From contig OX597815.1 of the NCBI GenBank assembly GCA_951406725.2, positions 90,210,001-90,274,000 of the forward strand: DNA of 64,000 bases. Direction: 5' to 3'. Each line of letters begins with the position of its first letter. Within the stretch, counting starts at the first letter, position 1. Positions 27,040 through 39,429 of this stretch are shown here, in pieces. The notes below the pieces were generated by a model, which saw only the letters and a program-made list of their open reading frames with translations, did not search any database and had not been told where the DNA came from. The DNA comes from Octopus vulgaris. Lineage: Eukaryota. A program made the position numbers and the translations under genes.

Positions 27040-28850
27040 GAGTTATTCCTTTTTACAATATTTACATTCTGTTTTAACGTAAAACGCTACTGTAAATTGA
27101 TATTTAACTTATAAGTACCGATCCAAAAATCCTCAGTGTCCCCAATAAAGCAGATTTCTGAGCATGTTCCACCCTCATTTTCTCCACCAAATTTCTCAAA
27201 CTTGGTTGTTAATACTCTACAACTACTGGGATGTCAGTCACTTTTTCTTCGTCTGCCATATTCGTGAAAACTCATGTATTAGGTGCTTGTACTTCTCAAT
27301 ATTTTTCAGTTATTTATCATCCTTTCATACGTCCCCGGGTATGGCAGTATCTATGAACTTGAATTACTTCATCATTTTATCAACTACAACAATGGATCAC
27401 ACTGGATTGTAAAATCTCACAAGATCTTGTACTCATTATTCTCGGCTACGCCTTTTGGTTTATGCTTGCATCATTTAAATGTCCTCTCAAGATCATTTCA
27501 TAGTTTTGCAAAGTTACTTTTCGTGTAATGCTGGGTAAACTTTCATCTAGTAACCTGGTAACTCATCCGGTCCTGCACATTTCCAGTTCGAAACCTTTGT
27601 TGTCTGCTCGATCACCATTTCAATTGTTATCCTAATATTGTTCTGTTTCACTTCATTTTCCTCCGCTTTTAATTCAGCATCTTTCTTATGATTTCTCCCC
27701 TTATTGCAGATGTGATTCCAAAAACACCTACTTTCTCAGCATGTTAAGATTTCCGTTCAACTGTTGATAAATCCTTTTCCCATCTTGTTGGAATAATCTC
27801 TTCATCTTATTCTGTTCAATTCGTGGATCATGTCTCTTAATTTGTGTATTTGTAACCTGCAGTCATTTTCAGATCTTCACGGACCTCATTTAACTCCTTT
27901 TTCGTGATGCTATACCTACGTTTTAGTTCCTGATAGTCCTCCTTCTTCCTGATTACACCTTGTTTATTTTTTCCAGTTTGTTGATATGTTTCCGCAGTTA
28001 GTTGATTAATTGCTTTAGCCTTCTTTTCCACTAAGTGTTTTTCACAACGTTTCCGCTTTTACGGTTCAAGAGCTACTTTCTGTTCTATGTAGATGAAACA
28101 AACGTTAATCAATCTATTCGTTCCAGTTATATTATCAGTCTTAATTAATTTCGGTACATTATTCACCATGCGAGTCCAACCCTGAACGAAGTTCTATCCA
28201 CTTTCTTGAATCTGTTTATTTCTACATCCAAATATTTCTCAATAATACCAGTGATGTCTTCGATCATGCCTCTGTTCATCGTTAGTCCCTCTACGTTTTC
28301 AAGACTTAACCCAACAGCATTCTCCAGAAAACTTTCATTTAATACAGCCTCGTTGATTTCCTTTGTAAATACTACATCTTCATTCATTGTGTGTTTAATT
28401 GCCACCCTCTTATCATGTTCATATGCGGCTAACTATCCGTTATTCCTTATTATCCTTGTCTGAACACACTTCATCTTACATAATATCCAAACCCTGCGTC
28501 TCCATCCCGTTACCGTGCATTCTCTTTTCATATCCTCTTATAAGGCTTTTCTTCAGTATCAACAGGTCGGTTCAGAAATAGCATTCTATGACATCTACAT
28601 TCATCACTGCAGACCATATAATTCTAGCAGCCGTATAATGACAACCAGGCTTCTCCTGCTTGCCCACAGGACATCTGCCGGGTGAGAATCTGTCACCTGA
28701 TGTTCCGTGCTCATTTACGCCGTTGTTTGTATTAATTCTTTTATCCATTACTTTCATAGTGACGTAAGTGATAATAAGGCGTCACAGCCATATTTTTATC
28801 GAGACATCATCTCTAGAGGGATTTGCTTCAAACTACTCAAAGGGGTCTCT
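27040..28850 (-). mobile_element. R4/Dong-like RLE LINE, internally deleted (N-terminus + RLE endonuclease, RT absent)
   Basis: N-terminal IWSAVMNVDVIECY; C-terminal ENNEYKIL*DFTIQCD, IVVVDK, FIDTAIPGD, IEKYKHL, IPVVV, KSALLGT. 5' region is homologous to 55800-56020. Confidence 0.85.
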
Positions 28851-29439
28851 CTACTCTTCAAAGTTTAAGATTGCTATCCTGCGCTGGGCACCCGCCCAAT
28901 ACTCTGAGCTCACTCCACAGGTGGAGAAATATATTGTTCATTATTATCACTGCTGTGCTAAACGGTAATTGCTTAATCGGCAGAACCCATCCACCTTTAG
29001 AGATCATCCACAGAGTCCATTCACTCTTAGACAGATCTTGCTCTTTTATCGTGTATGCATGAGGACAAATTTATTTGTGAATAACTAATATCACGCCCTA
29101 CAAGAGTGAACAAAATGACAGTTGAATTTCATCACATTTACTGTTCGACTAAGTATACTTTTTCCTATTTTGCATTTATTTTCTGTTTCTTTTTCTGTTA
29201 TTCTTTTCTATCCTCTCTATTTTCTTCGTTTTTCTTTTACCAGTTATAAATGTGAAAACCGATGATATAATTGTATCTAAAGAGGAACACACGATTTCCT
29301 CGTATAAATTTTGCATTTCTGTCTTTCTGTAATTTATTTGATTTTTCATTTTAAACCTGAAGACAGATGATCTGTTGAAATATTGTTCAAACAGTTAAAT
29401 AAAAAATATCTATTAAAAATCGCATATTTCTTATTGTCG

Positions 29440-29440
<1 letters not shown>

Positions 29441-29492
<52 letters not shown>

Positions 29493-29511
29493 CATCATCA
29501 TCATCATCATC
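29441..29511. repeat. (ATT)n(ATC)n microsatellite
   Basis: Direct observation. Confidence 0.95.
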
Positions 29512-29514
29512 AAA

Positions 29515-29725
29515 GGCGGCGAGCTGACAGAACCGTTAGCACGCTGGACGGAATGCTTAGCGGTATCTCGCCCGCCGCTACGTTCTGAGTTCAAATTCCG
29601 CCGAAGTCGACTTCGCCTTTCATCCTTTCGATGTCGATAAATTAAGTACCAGTGAAACACTGGAGTCGAAGCAATCGAGTTAATCCCCTCCCTCAAACTG
29701 CCCTTGTGACAAAAATTTGAAATCG

Positions 29726-29759
<34 letters not shown>

Positions 29760-30345
29760 CATAATCATCAGGATGGTGAGCTGGCTGAATTGTTATTGCG
29801 CTGGTTGATTAGAACGATCTCAGTTGAGGACTGGGCTCGATCTAATCGGCTTCCACTCTCCCCTGAACTTGCTGGCCTCGCGCCAAAATTTGAAACCATT
29901 GACATTTTCAATAGAGTGGTGAGCTGCCAGAACCTTTAGTATATCTGATAAAATGCTTATCGTCATTTCCTCCGACTTTAGGTTCTGCTTTCAAATGTGG
30001 TTGATTTTACCTTTCATTCTTTCGGGGTTAATAAAATAAGTCCCAGTCAGGTACGAAGTACGATGTAATCGACTAAACCTCCTCACCGTTGTGTAATCGA
30101 CTAAACCTCCTCAGCCTATAGTAGAAAGGATCATTTCTCTTGTTATTGTCGTTGTTTATGTAGTTAAGGCGATGTTTTAGTACAAGTTGGAACTTCAGAC
30201 AAACTCCTTAGAGGCATATCTACCAACTGTTTACGGTCTGAGTTCAAATTCCGCCAAGACCAATTTTAACTTCCTCCCCAGTTGTTAATATAATAGTCTA
30301 TCCTCCTACAAAGAAATTTGATGTCTTGTGCAAAAATTTCTCAGT
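29515..30345 (+). mobile_element. Cluster of about four head-to-tail SINE family B copies
   Basis: Complete copy at 29515-29725 (ggcggcgagctg...gagttcaaattccgccg...ttcatcctttcg), followed by decayed copies starting near 29770, 29915 and 30165. Confidence 0.85.
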
Positions 30346-31171
30346 GTTATTATTATTATTTGAAATTTCTTTTAATATCGATATTTTTGTGGAATTCTTT
30401 TACATTTTTCAAACAGATGTAATCTTTTTCCCCAAGTTTTTTTTCTTCTTTATATGCATAGTCAATAATTTTGCTATTGTGATAAAATATAATTACATAT
30501 TGCAAAAGAGATTCGTGCATGAAGCATAGGCTTAAGACTAATTTTAGCATATATTCGTGAAGAAAGTCCCCCAGTTGACTCGTAGGATAAAAACAAATTA
30601 TATTTTGCTGAAGAAAAAAACGCTTTCACTTTCTGTTTTATAATCTTTAAATATATAGCAAAAGTTTGATAGTATTTTATACTGGGAATTGAAAAATTGT
30701 ATTTCATTTTCATTATTTTTTTTCTTTCTGTAATTGCTACCAAACATAACTCCCAAATCGAAAGCGTAACTTAGTAACAGTGATCCGAACTGCAGCCATG
30801 TTAGATTTCAATGTAAAAAAAATTGAAATAAAATAACAAATGCACATACTAAAATAGGGGATTAAAACGCACGCACCCGCACATGCATACATACACACAC
30901 GCACGCTCACTCGCATATACGTATATTGTTTAAAAAATAACTAAAACGTATATATATGAAAATATTTCATGAGAGTTTGCGTGAAGTTAGACTTTTACAA
31001 CGTACAGTCATATACGCAGGTATACGCACTGCCATAAGCAAAGTTATATGTGTAAGTGCTTCTGTAATGCGTGTCAAAGTGTGTATGCCGTTATTGGCAG
31101 GTACATAAGTCCTTTCACACGCATTAATATACATATGTATGCACATACGCACGCACAGACATACACACGCG

Positions 31172-31218
<47 letters not shown>

Positions 31219-31267
31219 CAAATCCAATCATAGATGAAAGGTAACAAAATCCGAGGGAATTTTGCAA

Positions 31268-31500
31268 CTAATATAAGTTTGCTTAAGACGGTGAGTCAGC
31301 AGAATAGCACGCTGGACGATATGTTTAGCGGTATTTCACACCTGTCGCTACGTTGCGTGTTCAAATTCCGCCGAGGTCGACTTTGCTTATTTTTCCTTTC
31401 AGGGTCGACAAATCAAGTAACAGTGAAACTCTGCAGTCGATGTAATCGACTAGTCTCCTCTCCACGAATCTGAAGCCTTGTCCCTCCTGTAGAAATGATT
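31268..31500 (+). mobile_element. SINE family B copy
   Basis: Head, B-box gtgttcaaattccgccgaggtcgac, core and short tail. Confidence 0.85.
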
Positions 31501-31825
31501 AAGTTGACATTCTAAAAGGAAATACCGTTATAAAGTTAGCTAGTGAAAGTATAATGTTGAAGATATAGTCCTTCCTTCGACAAAAGAGGAAACTTAATGG
31601 AAAGGGAATTAATTGAGGAAAGGAGGCAAGGCCATAAAAGAATGAGAGAGTAGACCTAAGACAAAAACGTACATGGGTTAATTCACATGATTGACTTCTG
31701 ACTAAGCAAAAGCGTGAGACAGTTTTTAGATTTTAACGGCAAGAACGTACCAGTTCGCACGTATATGTATGTCTGTATGTGTGTGTTAGTATGTGCATAT
31801 GCGAGACTGTAAATGTGTACATGTG

Positions 31826-32265
31826 TTGGGCCATCCCATAGATAATGAGGGTTTTTTTTCAATTGTATGAATTAAAGTTGAAGGGGGACGGGATAAACTA
31901 CCCGCATGAACTTGCTATAAAAGCAGACAGTAATTTTACCTTGTACTTATTCTTAGTGCAAGTTTTGAAGAGTGCAGTTCGATTTTAGCAGTTATTTTTT
32001 CAAAGCTATAATGAAAGTGAAAAAGGAGCCTATTCGGTATTTTCGGCATAATTTGTTTTATGAGTTCAATAAAAGCAACAACGCAACGGAACCTGCGAGG
32101 AATATCAATGCAGTATATGTGGATCGGACAATAAGCGTAAGCCAATGTCAACCGTGGTGCCAGAAATTCTGAGCGGGAAACTACAGCCTAGAAGACAAGC
32201 CTCGTACTCGAAGATCTGTAGAACATGAAGAGGACATCCTGCAAACCCTGGTCGAACAAAATCCT
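31826..32265 (+). mobile_element. Mariner 5' fragment (TIR + N-terminal HTH), 3'-truncated
   Basis: TIR-like ttgggccatcccata; ATG at 32011 gives MKVKKEPIRYFRHNLFYEFNKSNNATEPARNINAVY...WCQKF*AGNYSLEDKPR. Confidence 0.9.
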
Positions 32266-32832
32266 GTATGCATGTATGTATGAATCTTTATTGATTTACC
32301 AGAAGCAATGACAAGACTCAGTAAAAATGTAGGTTACACTTTAAAACATTACAACTGAAAGGTTTCGCTTCCTAGGACTCAGAGTTGCTCGTATCCACGT
32401 TCTTGTTTTCTTTTGGATTTCGACTGTGTGAATATTTTTAGAAATGTGAAATGAAAGTTTGAAGAAAAGTTTTACCTTCGTGTTCTTTTGTTAAGAACCT
32501 TTGTGAGCGATAATCGCGAAAGCGGTTGATTCAAAAACGCACTTTTGGTTTCAATTTTGGCTACAAGCAATCGAAATCAGGATATTTCATTGAAGTTTAC
32601 CCAATTTTCCAAAATAATATTTTGAAGCAAAACGTTTAATTAATGATTTTCAAAGCAATGAGTTTGTGAGTGTCCATTTTGCATTCGTATGTGCACACGC
32701 ATATATACATAAGTACATCACAGGCCCACATAAATAAATATAATCATATATCCACGTGTACATGTGTACATGTACAAATTTATATCCATATATACCTACA
32801 TAGATGTACTCACACAGACACTGACACACACC

Positions 32833-32864
<32 letters not shown>

Positions 32865-33299
32865 CACACACTCAGACACACACACGCGCGCAGACACACA
32901 CATAAGAATATATATGGTAAGTTAAAGACGGAAGATCGAATATACGAGAATATTAATTAATAATCAGGACAATTGTTTCGGGAGCATCCGGCGGTGAGAG
33001 ATCGATGCTAGCTAGATGTGCTGAAACAGATGTCACGATTAACAATCAAAATTCTCGTATATTCCATGTTCCGTCTTTCATTTACCATATACATAACGAA
33101 CACAAGAGTGTGAGTTTTATATTGCAGAAAGAGTATGTATATTCATATTAGAGAGACAGTGCTTGTGCTTGTATGTGTGTGAGGGTGGTGTTTGTGTGTA
33201 TGTGTATGTGTGTGTGTGTGTGCGTGTGTGTGTGTGTGTGAGAGAGAGAGAGATAACACTGCAAACAATGAACGAAATAAACATGAAATGAAAAATATC

Positions 33300-33524
33300 T
33301 CACAAATAAAAACCCGTAAAATCTATCGACATTCTTTGGGTTGAACCGTCAGAAATGCCAAAATGAACAGATTTTGTTCGTTGATTTCCGTAATATTTTA
33401 TTTATTTATTCATTTATTTTATTTTATAATGAAACAGAGGAGAGAGTGAAATATGTATGTATGTGTATATGAAACGGACGTGTATATGGGTGAGTGCATG
33501 AGAGAGAGTGAGAGAGTGACATCA

Positions 33525-33580
<56 letters not shown>

Positions 33581-33912
33581 TGCACACACGCACACATACA
33601 TCCGAAAAGATTTATGCATATGTATTTATGTATGTACGTATACAAGAAAAAACAGCCCTACAATTTCTCTTTCTCTCTCTCTCTCTGTCACACACACACA
33701 CACATTCACACACACACACATTCACACACACATACACACACATAAATGTATACAAATGTACACACAAAAACACGTATGCGTATATAACTGACTACAAAAT
33801 GCATAATTTTGAACACGGCACGAAAAAAGTAAATAAATAAAAATTAACGAAATATGCGGGTTCAAGCGAAAGAATGCTAAACTATCTTGTACGGAATATT
33901 TAAATTTGTGAA
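33300..33912. mobile_element. Decayed MITE-like element with inverted ends
   Basis: cacaaat..ccgta.aa..cattcttt...ttgaacc near 33300-33348 recurs as a reverse complement at about 33858-33912; interior is microsatellite. Confidence 0.45.
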
Positions 33913-34664
33913 CTTGAAATATTCAATAATAGAAGGAAATTCAGTAAATTTTCCCAAAAACTTCAAGTTATACAAAATCTCACTTGCCTAGTACATATTT
34001 ATCAGAAATTTATCATAGTTGTGAATATCTGTAATTTAAAGCAGCTTCAACATAATCCTAGTACTCTTAGCGTGCTAGAAATAGCAGCAATCGCATAGTA
34101 AATATTGTAAGGCATAAAGTGTTCAAAACAAACATACCAACAAAATTACTTCTTAATTTTTCTTTTAATTAAACCGGCATGGTATATCATGGAAGCCTCA
34201 AAGTTATGCATCTATTTTGTCTAATAGCATTCATTTAATAAATATTTTCTTTTTACATTACGTATATAGAATAAACTGTGGATTCTGCAAATAGCAAATT
34301 AAAACTTGAAATGAAAACATTGAAATGAATATATATTAAATTATAATTATTGAAAATAAAGGATAGTGAGAGTCAGAGACTGTTGCAAAAGAAAACGGAA
34401 AATCTCACCTGAAACGAGTTAATTTTGCTTATTAAATCTACTCTGCAGTGAATGCAACGAATATTTATCTTGGCGAAAAACTTCTAGTTCAAACATTCAA
34501 TAAAGTTCAAAAATCGAAATTACAGCAAATTTCTTGGAACATGGATTTATAAAAATATTATGATCTAAAAAAAATGTCCCGACGGTCAAGCCATAATAAT
34601 CGCGTTCATATAGTAACTGCTACATACCTAATTCATAAGCTTCCTCCATAGATACGTTCGTATG

Positions 34665-34704
<40 letters not shown>

Positions 34705-34747
34705 AACACACACATACACACACACGCACACGCACATGCACACTCAC

Positions 34748-34779
<32 letters not shown>

Positions 34780-34798
34780 ATGTATATATATTTATGTA

Positions 34799-34829
<31 letters not shown>

Positions 34830-34836
34830 GTATATA

Positions 34837-34949
<113 letters not shown>

Positions 34950-34992
34950 ATATATATATATGTATGTATGTATATGTATATGCATATGTATA

Positions 34993-35730
34993 TAGACGTT
35001 GGACAAAATAATGGAAACGGCTTCAAATTTCAAACAAATTTATTTTAATATGTTGTAGGACCGCATTTAGTAGTAATTACACCTTGAATTCTATGTGGTA
35101 TGGACTCATACTAAGTTTGAACCGTTTCCAAAAGAATTTTTGTCCACTTTTCAGCTAAAACAGTCTCCAGTTCTAGTTGTGATGATGGTGAAGGATATCA
35201 ACACCTTACTTGTTTTTCTAAAATGCACCATAAATCTTCAATGATATTGAGATCGGGGGACTGTGGTGGTCAGGTAAGATGTTCAAGTTCACTGGCATGC
35301 TCCTCGTGCAATTCAGTAACAACTTTAGCAGTGTGAATTGGTGCATTATCATCCTAAAAGATTGCGTTTTCCTTCGAAATTAGTTCCACAACCATAGACC
35401 AAATTTGATCAGATGAAATGCTTAAACTTGACTATTAATTTTGCCATTGGGCCGGTGGATTTCCAAGATATAGACACCCCTCCCCCTGCTCATCACAGAT
35501 CCTCCTCCATGTTTAACAGTTGGAATAAGGCAACTGGGCCAAATGCTTGTTTTGGCTGTCTCTACACGTATACTTGGCGGTAGTCGGAAATAAGGTAAAG
35601 GATGACTCGTCCGAGAAAATAACATTCTTCCACCGCTCTAGGGACTATTTCTGTAGGTTTTTACTCCACTCTAAGTGCTTTTCAGCCTTTGTTATTGAAA
35701 GTAGTGGTTTCCTGATTGCATCCCTCCCGT
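34993..35730 (-). mobile_element. Tc1 transposon 3' half (one TIR + DDE domain)
   Basis: PTVKHGGGSVM, DDNAPIHTAK, PDLNIIEDLW and ESIPHRIQGVI on the minus strand; TIR-like agacgttggacaaaataatggaaac after TA. Confidence 0.92.
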
Positions 35731-35807
35731 GAAATATAAACAAGCTTTTGAAAGTTTTACAGATATTTCGAAATTTTGATGCTATGATGCTAAGCGTTTC
35801 CAATCCC

Positions 35808-35841
<34 letters not shown>

Positions 35842-35993
35842 TACATATGTAGCATGGCAGCTTCAGCCATTTTGAAATATGACTATAGCGATTTCTAATA
35901 TCTTCACTGTTTGAAAGGCAAGGCAGAAATGATCTCGTTTGAGGTTACAGCCATCTTTGGCCAACTTGTTCTTGTTGTAAACACTAACCTGAT

Positions 35994-36169
35994 TGGTTGA
36001 CATGTGACACGAGTGGTCTCTACATAGTTCCCGCCACTGGTTGACATGTGACACGAGTGGTCTCTACATAGTTCGCGCCACAGGTTGATATGTGACACGA
36101 GTGGTCTCTACATAGTTCGCGCTACTGGTTGACATGTGACGCGGTTTGTCTCTACATATTTCGCGCCAT
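35994..36169 (+). repeat. Four tandem 44-bp repeats in LTR U3
   Basis: Unit tggttgacatgtgacacgagtggtctctacatagttc(c/g)cgccac, starting at 35994, 36038, 36082 and 36126. Confidence 0.95.
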
Positions 36170-36182
36170 TGCTCCAAGCCAA

Positions 36183-36248
36183 CCAATCGCGGCCTTTGGT
36201 AAGAATCCATTTCTGAAGTTCGTTTGAGCCACCCAAACGGTATATAAA
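36183..36248 (+). promoter_or_regulatory. CCAAT + TATA core promoter of the LTR
   Basis: CCAAT 58 nt upstream of TATATAAA, directly downstream of the repeat array. Confidence 0.6.
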
Positions 36249-39127
36249 GGAATGTTTTCAGACACTTTTCGTCTTTTAGTTCCAGTTCTTCTAAGAGCTA
36301 ACTTTAGGCCACAGCGTTACTCAACCAAGCGATATACGATTGTTCCTGCTACGACGCTAATGTACACTATCACAGAAAGCCTACTACCTTCACCGTCTCC
36401 ATCATCATGTATCGACTTCGAGTCGCCTCTAACATCTTTGCCACACAAACTGTAAGCCAAATTCCATTATTAACTCTGTACTTCGTACTTTTCTATGTCA
36501 ACCGCATTCACCTTGTTTGTTCTCTCATACACACGAACACACAGACACAAACACGTGTTGCATGCGTACATACGTGATAACGTTTACAAACTCCTAACAT
36601 TGACACGATTGTAAAATAAATAATGTTTATATCTCAAACAGAAGACTTGTCAAGCCACTTATGTTCTATTGTTACTGCATGTATTTATGGCTTGTAATAA
36701 TTCGTTAAGAGTAGAACCACGTGCGATCGTATTTCCTACACGATACGACCACATGTGATCCTATTTCTTACACATGCATACATATATAGGGATTGGAAAC
36801 ACTTAGCATCAGATCATTATAATTTCGAAATGTCTGTAAAACCGTCAAAAGCTTGTTTATACATACATACATACATACATACATACATACATACATACAA
36901 ACAAAATACACATATATACATACACAAATACAGAAACACACACTCACAGATTCTAATATTTAATGATATCTCCTTTGACTTATATATAAATTTGAAGGAA
37001 CATAGTGCGTTAGGGAACGTAAGTACTAACTTTTGCTGAGACTGTGTCTTCCTTCCAATACAATACGTCGCATTGAGCCGCATGTTACATATTTCTTCCT
37101 TATTTCCTCCTATGCTGGGTAGTTTCTACTGTGTAATACTACGATGAACTGTCAAAACCTCTACTAAAGCCAGGTTAGATTACAAGCCCGCTTGAGCCCT
37201 TTTCCAAAACATAGAGAATATCGCTTCACACGTATAGATCTATACGATCTAACAAATATATAACCATGTTGTTATGAAATGCGATAGTTGTTGCTCTTCA
37301 GATAATCGGATATTCCTTATCCGGCACTCTGTCAAATATTTTAATTATAAGCAATGTTAGTTAGTTGGTCCTGCCATTTGCTGCAAGTATCTTATTTACC
37401 TTTGTGAAAGTTGGGATGACTCACTACAATTGAAAACTTCTATGTATAATAGTATGCCTTAGGCCATTTCATCCAGAACGTAGTTAAGGAAGTTAAAGGT
37501 GATCTTGGCATAGCTTAAGAAAATTAGCAGGTAGTGATTAATCTTATATATTTCTGCTCTAAGTATCTAATGTGTCAATTGTATGTTATATATGTTATGT
37601 TGCGTTTGTTCAGAACTGACTCTATCGAAATTCCATAGGTTTACATGAAACAAAGTGATATTCTTTCGTAGACTTTCTCCTTTCTTGAGAAAAAAAAATG
37701 TTCTTTAATTTCATCCAGTTACTTGAAACAGATTCTGAGGTTGTTTAAAGTGTTTGTCATATGCGAGTACCTCTTAATGTTAGCATAATATTACTGATCG
37801 ATACATTTATTTTAGTTCCCTTGTCTCTCGTTAATATGTACGATAAAATAAGTTTGGAGTAGTGGTCGAAACTTGGTTACTCCATTAAATTACATCATGT
37901 AGCATTTAGCTGCACCCTTTAATGTGCTGAGTTCAAGTCCAGCATCGATTTTCTTTGACTTTTGTCTATATTGAATCGATAAACGCTAGTTAAAATCTGT
38001 AGTCAATCATATAAAATATATCATTGCTTATACATTTCTGGGTTTGTGCTAATGTGAGAAACGAACTTTGCTTTTCAATCCATAAACTTGTTAATATGAT
38101 AGAGGTCTTCATTCTATATCTTGCAGAGGATGCGTGATATTTGCCAGTTACTGCAAAACTCGACTTCTGTAACTTCCTGTTGATAATTCACATAACTTTT
38201 TGATTAACGAAAACGAATTTCAACATCTCATAGATGCCAAATATAATAATTTTAGGAATTTCATCTCTTGCTTCTATGCTTTATTGTATAACGTTTCACA
38301 TATATGTTTCTTCTCTTTCTAAACGATGAACAGAGCTGTCAACATGACGTTTCTCCATTCCTTTGCAACATTAGAAAATATAACGATATCAGACATAAAG
38401 CTGACCTAAAAACCGGAAGGTGAGAACTTAGAAACCTTGTTCTGAACGCATTAAATTCAGATCTTAATAGATTTCAATGAAAGACTGTATCAATTGTTAT
38501 TATTATGACTGGAACACTAAAAGTTTGGGATTTATTTAGCAACAAGAGAAACTTTGAAGTAGTACTGAATCAAATAAGAGTTGAATGTCTCAATGCTATG
38601 AGGGAATGGAATTGATATAGACAGATTACCTAAATATAGCTAATGTCGTTCAATGATAAAGTAACTGTAGACTGGAGTGATGATAATTATAATGTCTTTG
38701 AGATAACGACAAGCCAGCTACAATATACTTTGCTACAAATAGGACAAATGGCACATAAATTTAGAACTGCTTATTTGCCATATGTTCGATTAAGATACTA
38801 AAAGGTCATTGAGCGAAGATATGTAAATGACTTAGGAATCACTCACCTACGTTAGTGGAGTATAATCCTCGCGCTATTTAAAAGCTTCTGAATAGATTTC
38901 AGACATATTCATTGTTTCTGTTTTCAATTTGCGATGTTGTTAAGTATACAGATATGTACATAAATTGCATTAATTTTATTAACGCAGCACGCGGCAAATT
39001 CACACATTATATATATATATATATAGGGGGAGAGTTCACGAAAAAAACAAAGGACGAAGACAGGTGGTATACAAAACAAACATATATTAGTACAACGCTC
39101 AGGAATAGAATAAGTCAGGAATAGAAA

Positions 39128-39168
<41 letters not shown>

Positions 39169-39293
39169 GACACTCATACATACACATATACATGTGTGTG
39201 TATGTATGTATGTATGTATATATATTATATATATTATATGTGTATATATCTATACATATACACTTATATATATGTACACATATAAGTGTATAA

Positions 39294-39342
<49 letters not shown>

Positions 39343-39429
39343 CCACACATATATATGTATATATATATATATATATATAGATATATATGAGTGGGTATGT
39401 ATGCATGTATGTATATAACTGTATCTTTA

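Larger units (their letters stand above)
35848..36772 (+). mobile_element. Solo LTR (925 bp)
   Basis: TGTA...TACA termini, flanks cata/catg (near 4-bp TSD), internal tandem repeats, then CCAAT (36183), TATATAAA (36241) and AATAAA (36615) in U3-R-U5 order. Confidence 0.8.
35735..36861. mobile_element. Fold-back/MITE element (about 85-bp inverted arms) split by a solo LTR
   Basis: 35735-35820 tataaacaagcttttga..gttttacaga.atttcgaaatt...gatgctaag.gtttccaatccctatatatgtatg matches the reverse complement of 36777-36861. Confidence 0.88.

Noticed and set aside
28855-28930. GC-rich stretch upstream of the RLE LINE as a possible HDV-like ribozyme
   Set aside because: I could not build the nested double pseudoknot by eye; it would need a descriptor search.
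35994-36169. CRISPR-like regular repeat
   Set aside because: Units are contiguous with no unique spacers, the context is eukaryotic, and there are no cas genes; it is an LTR tandem repeat.
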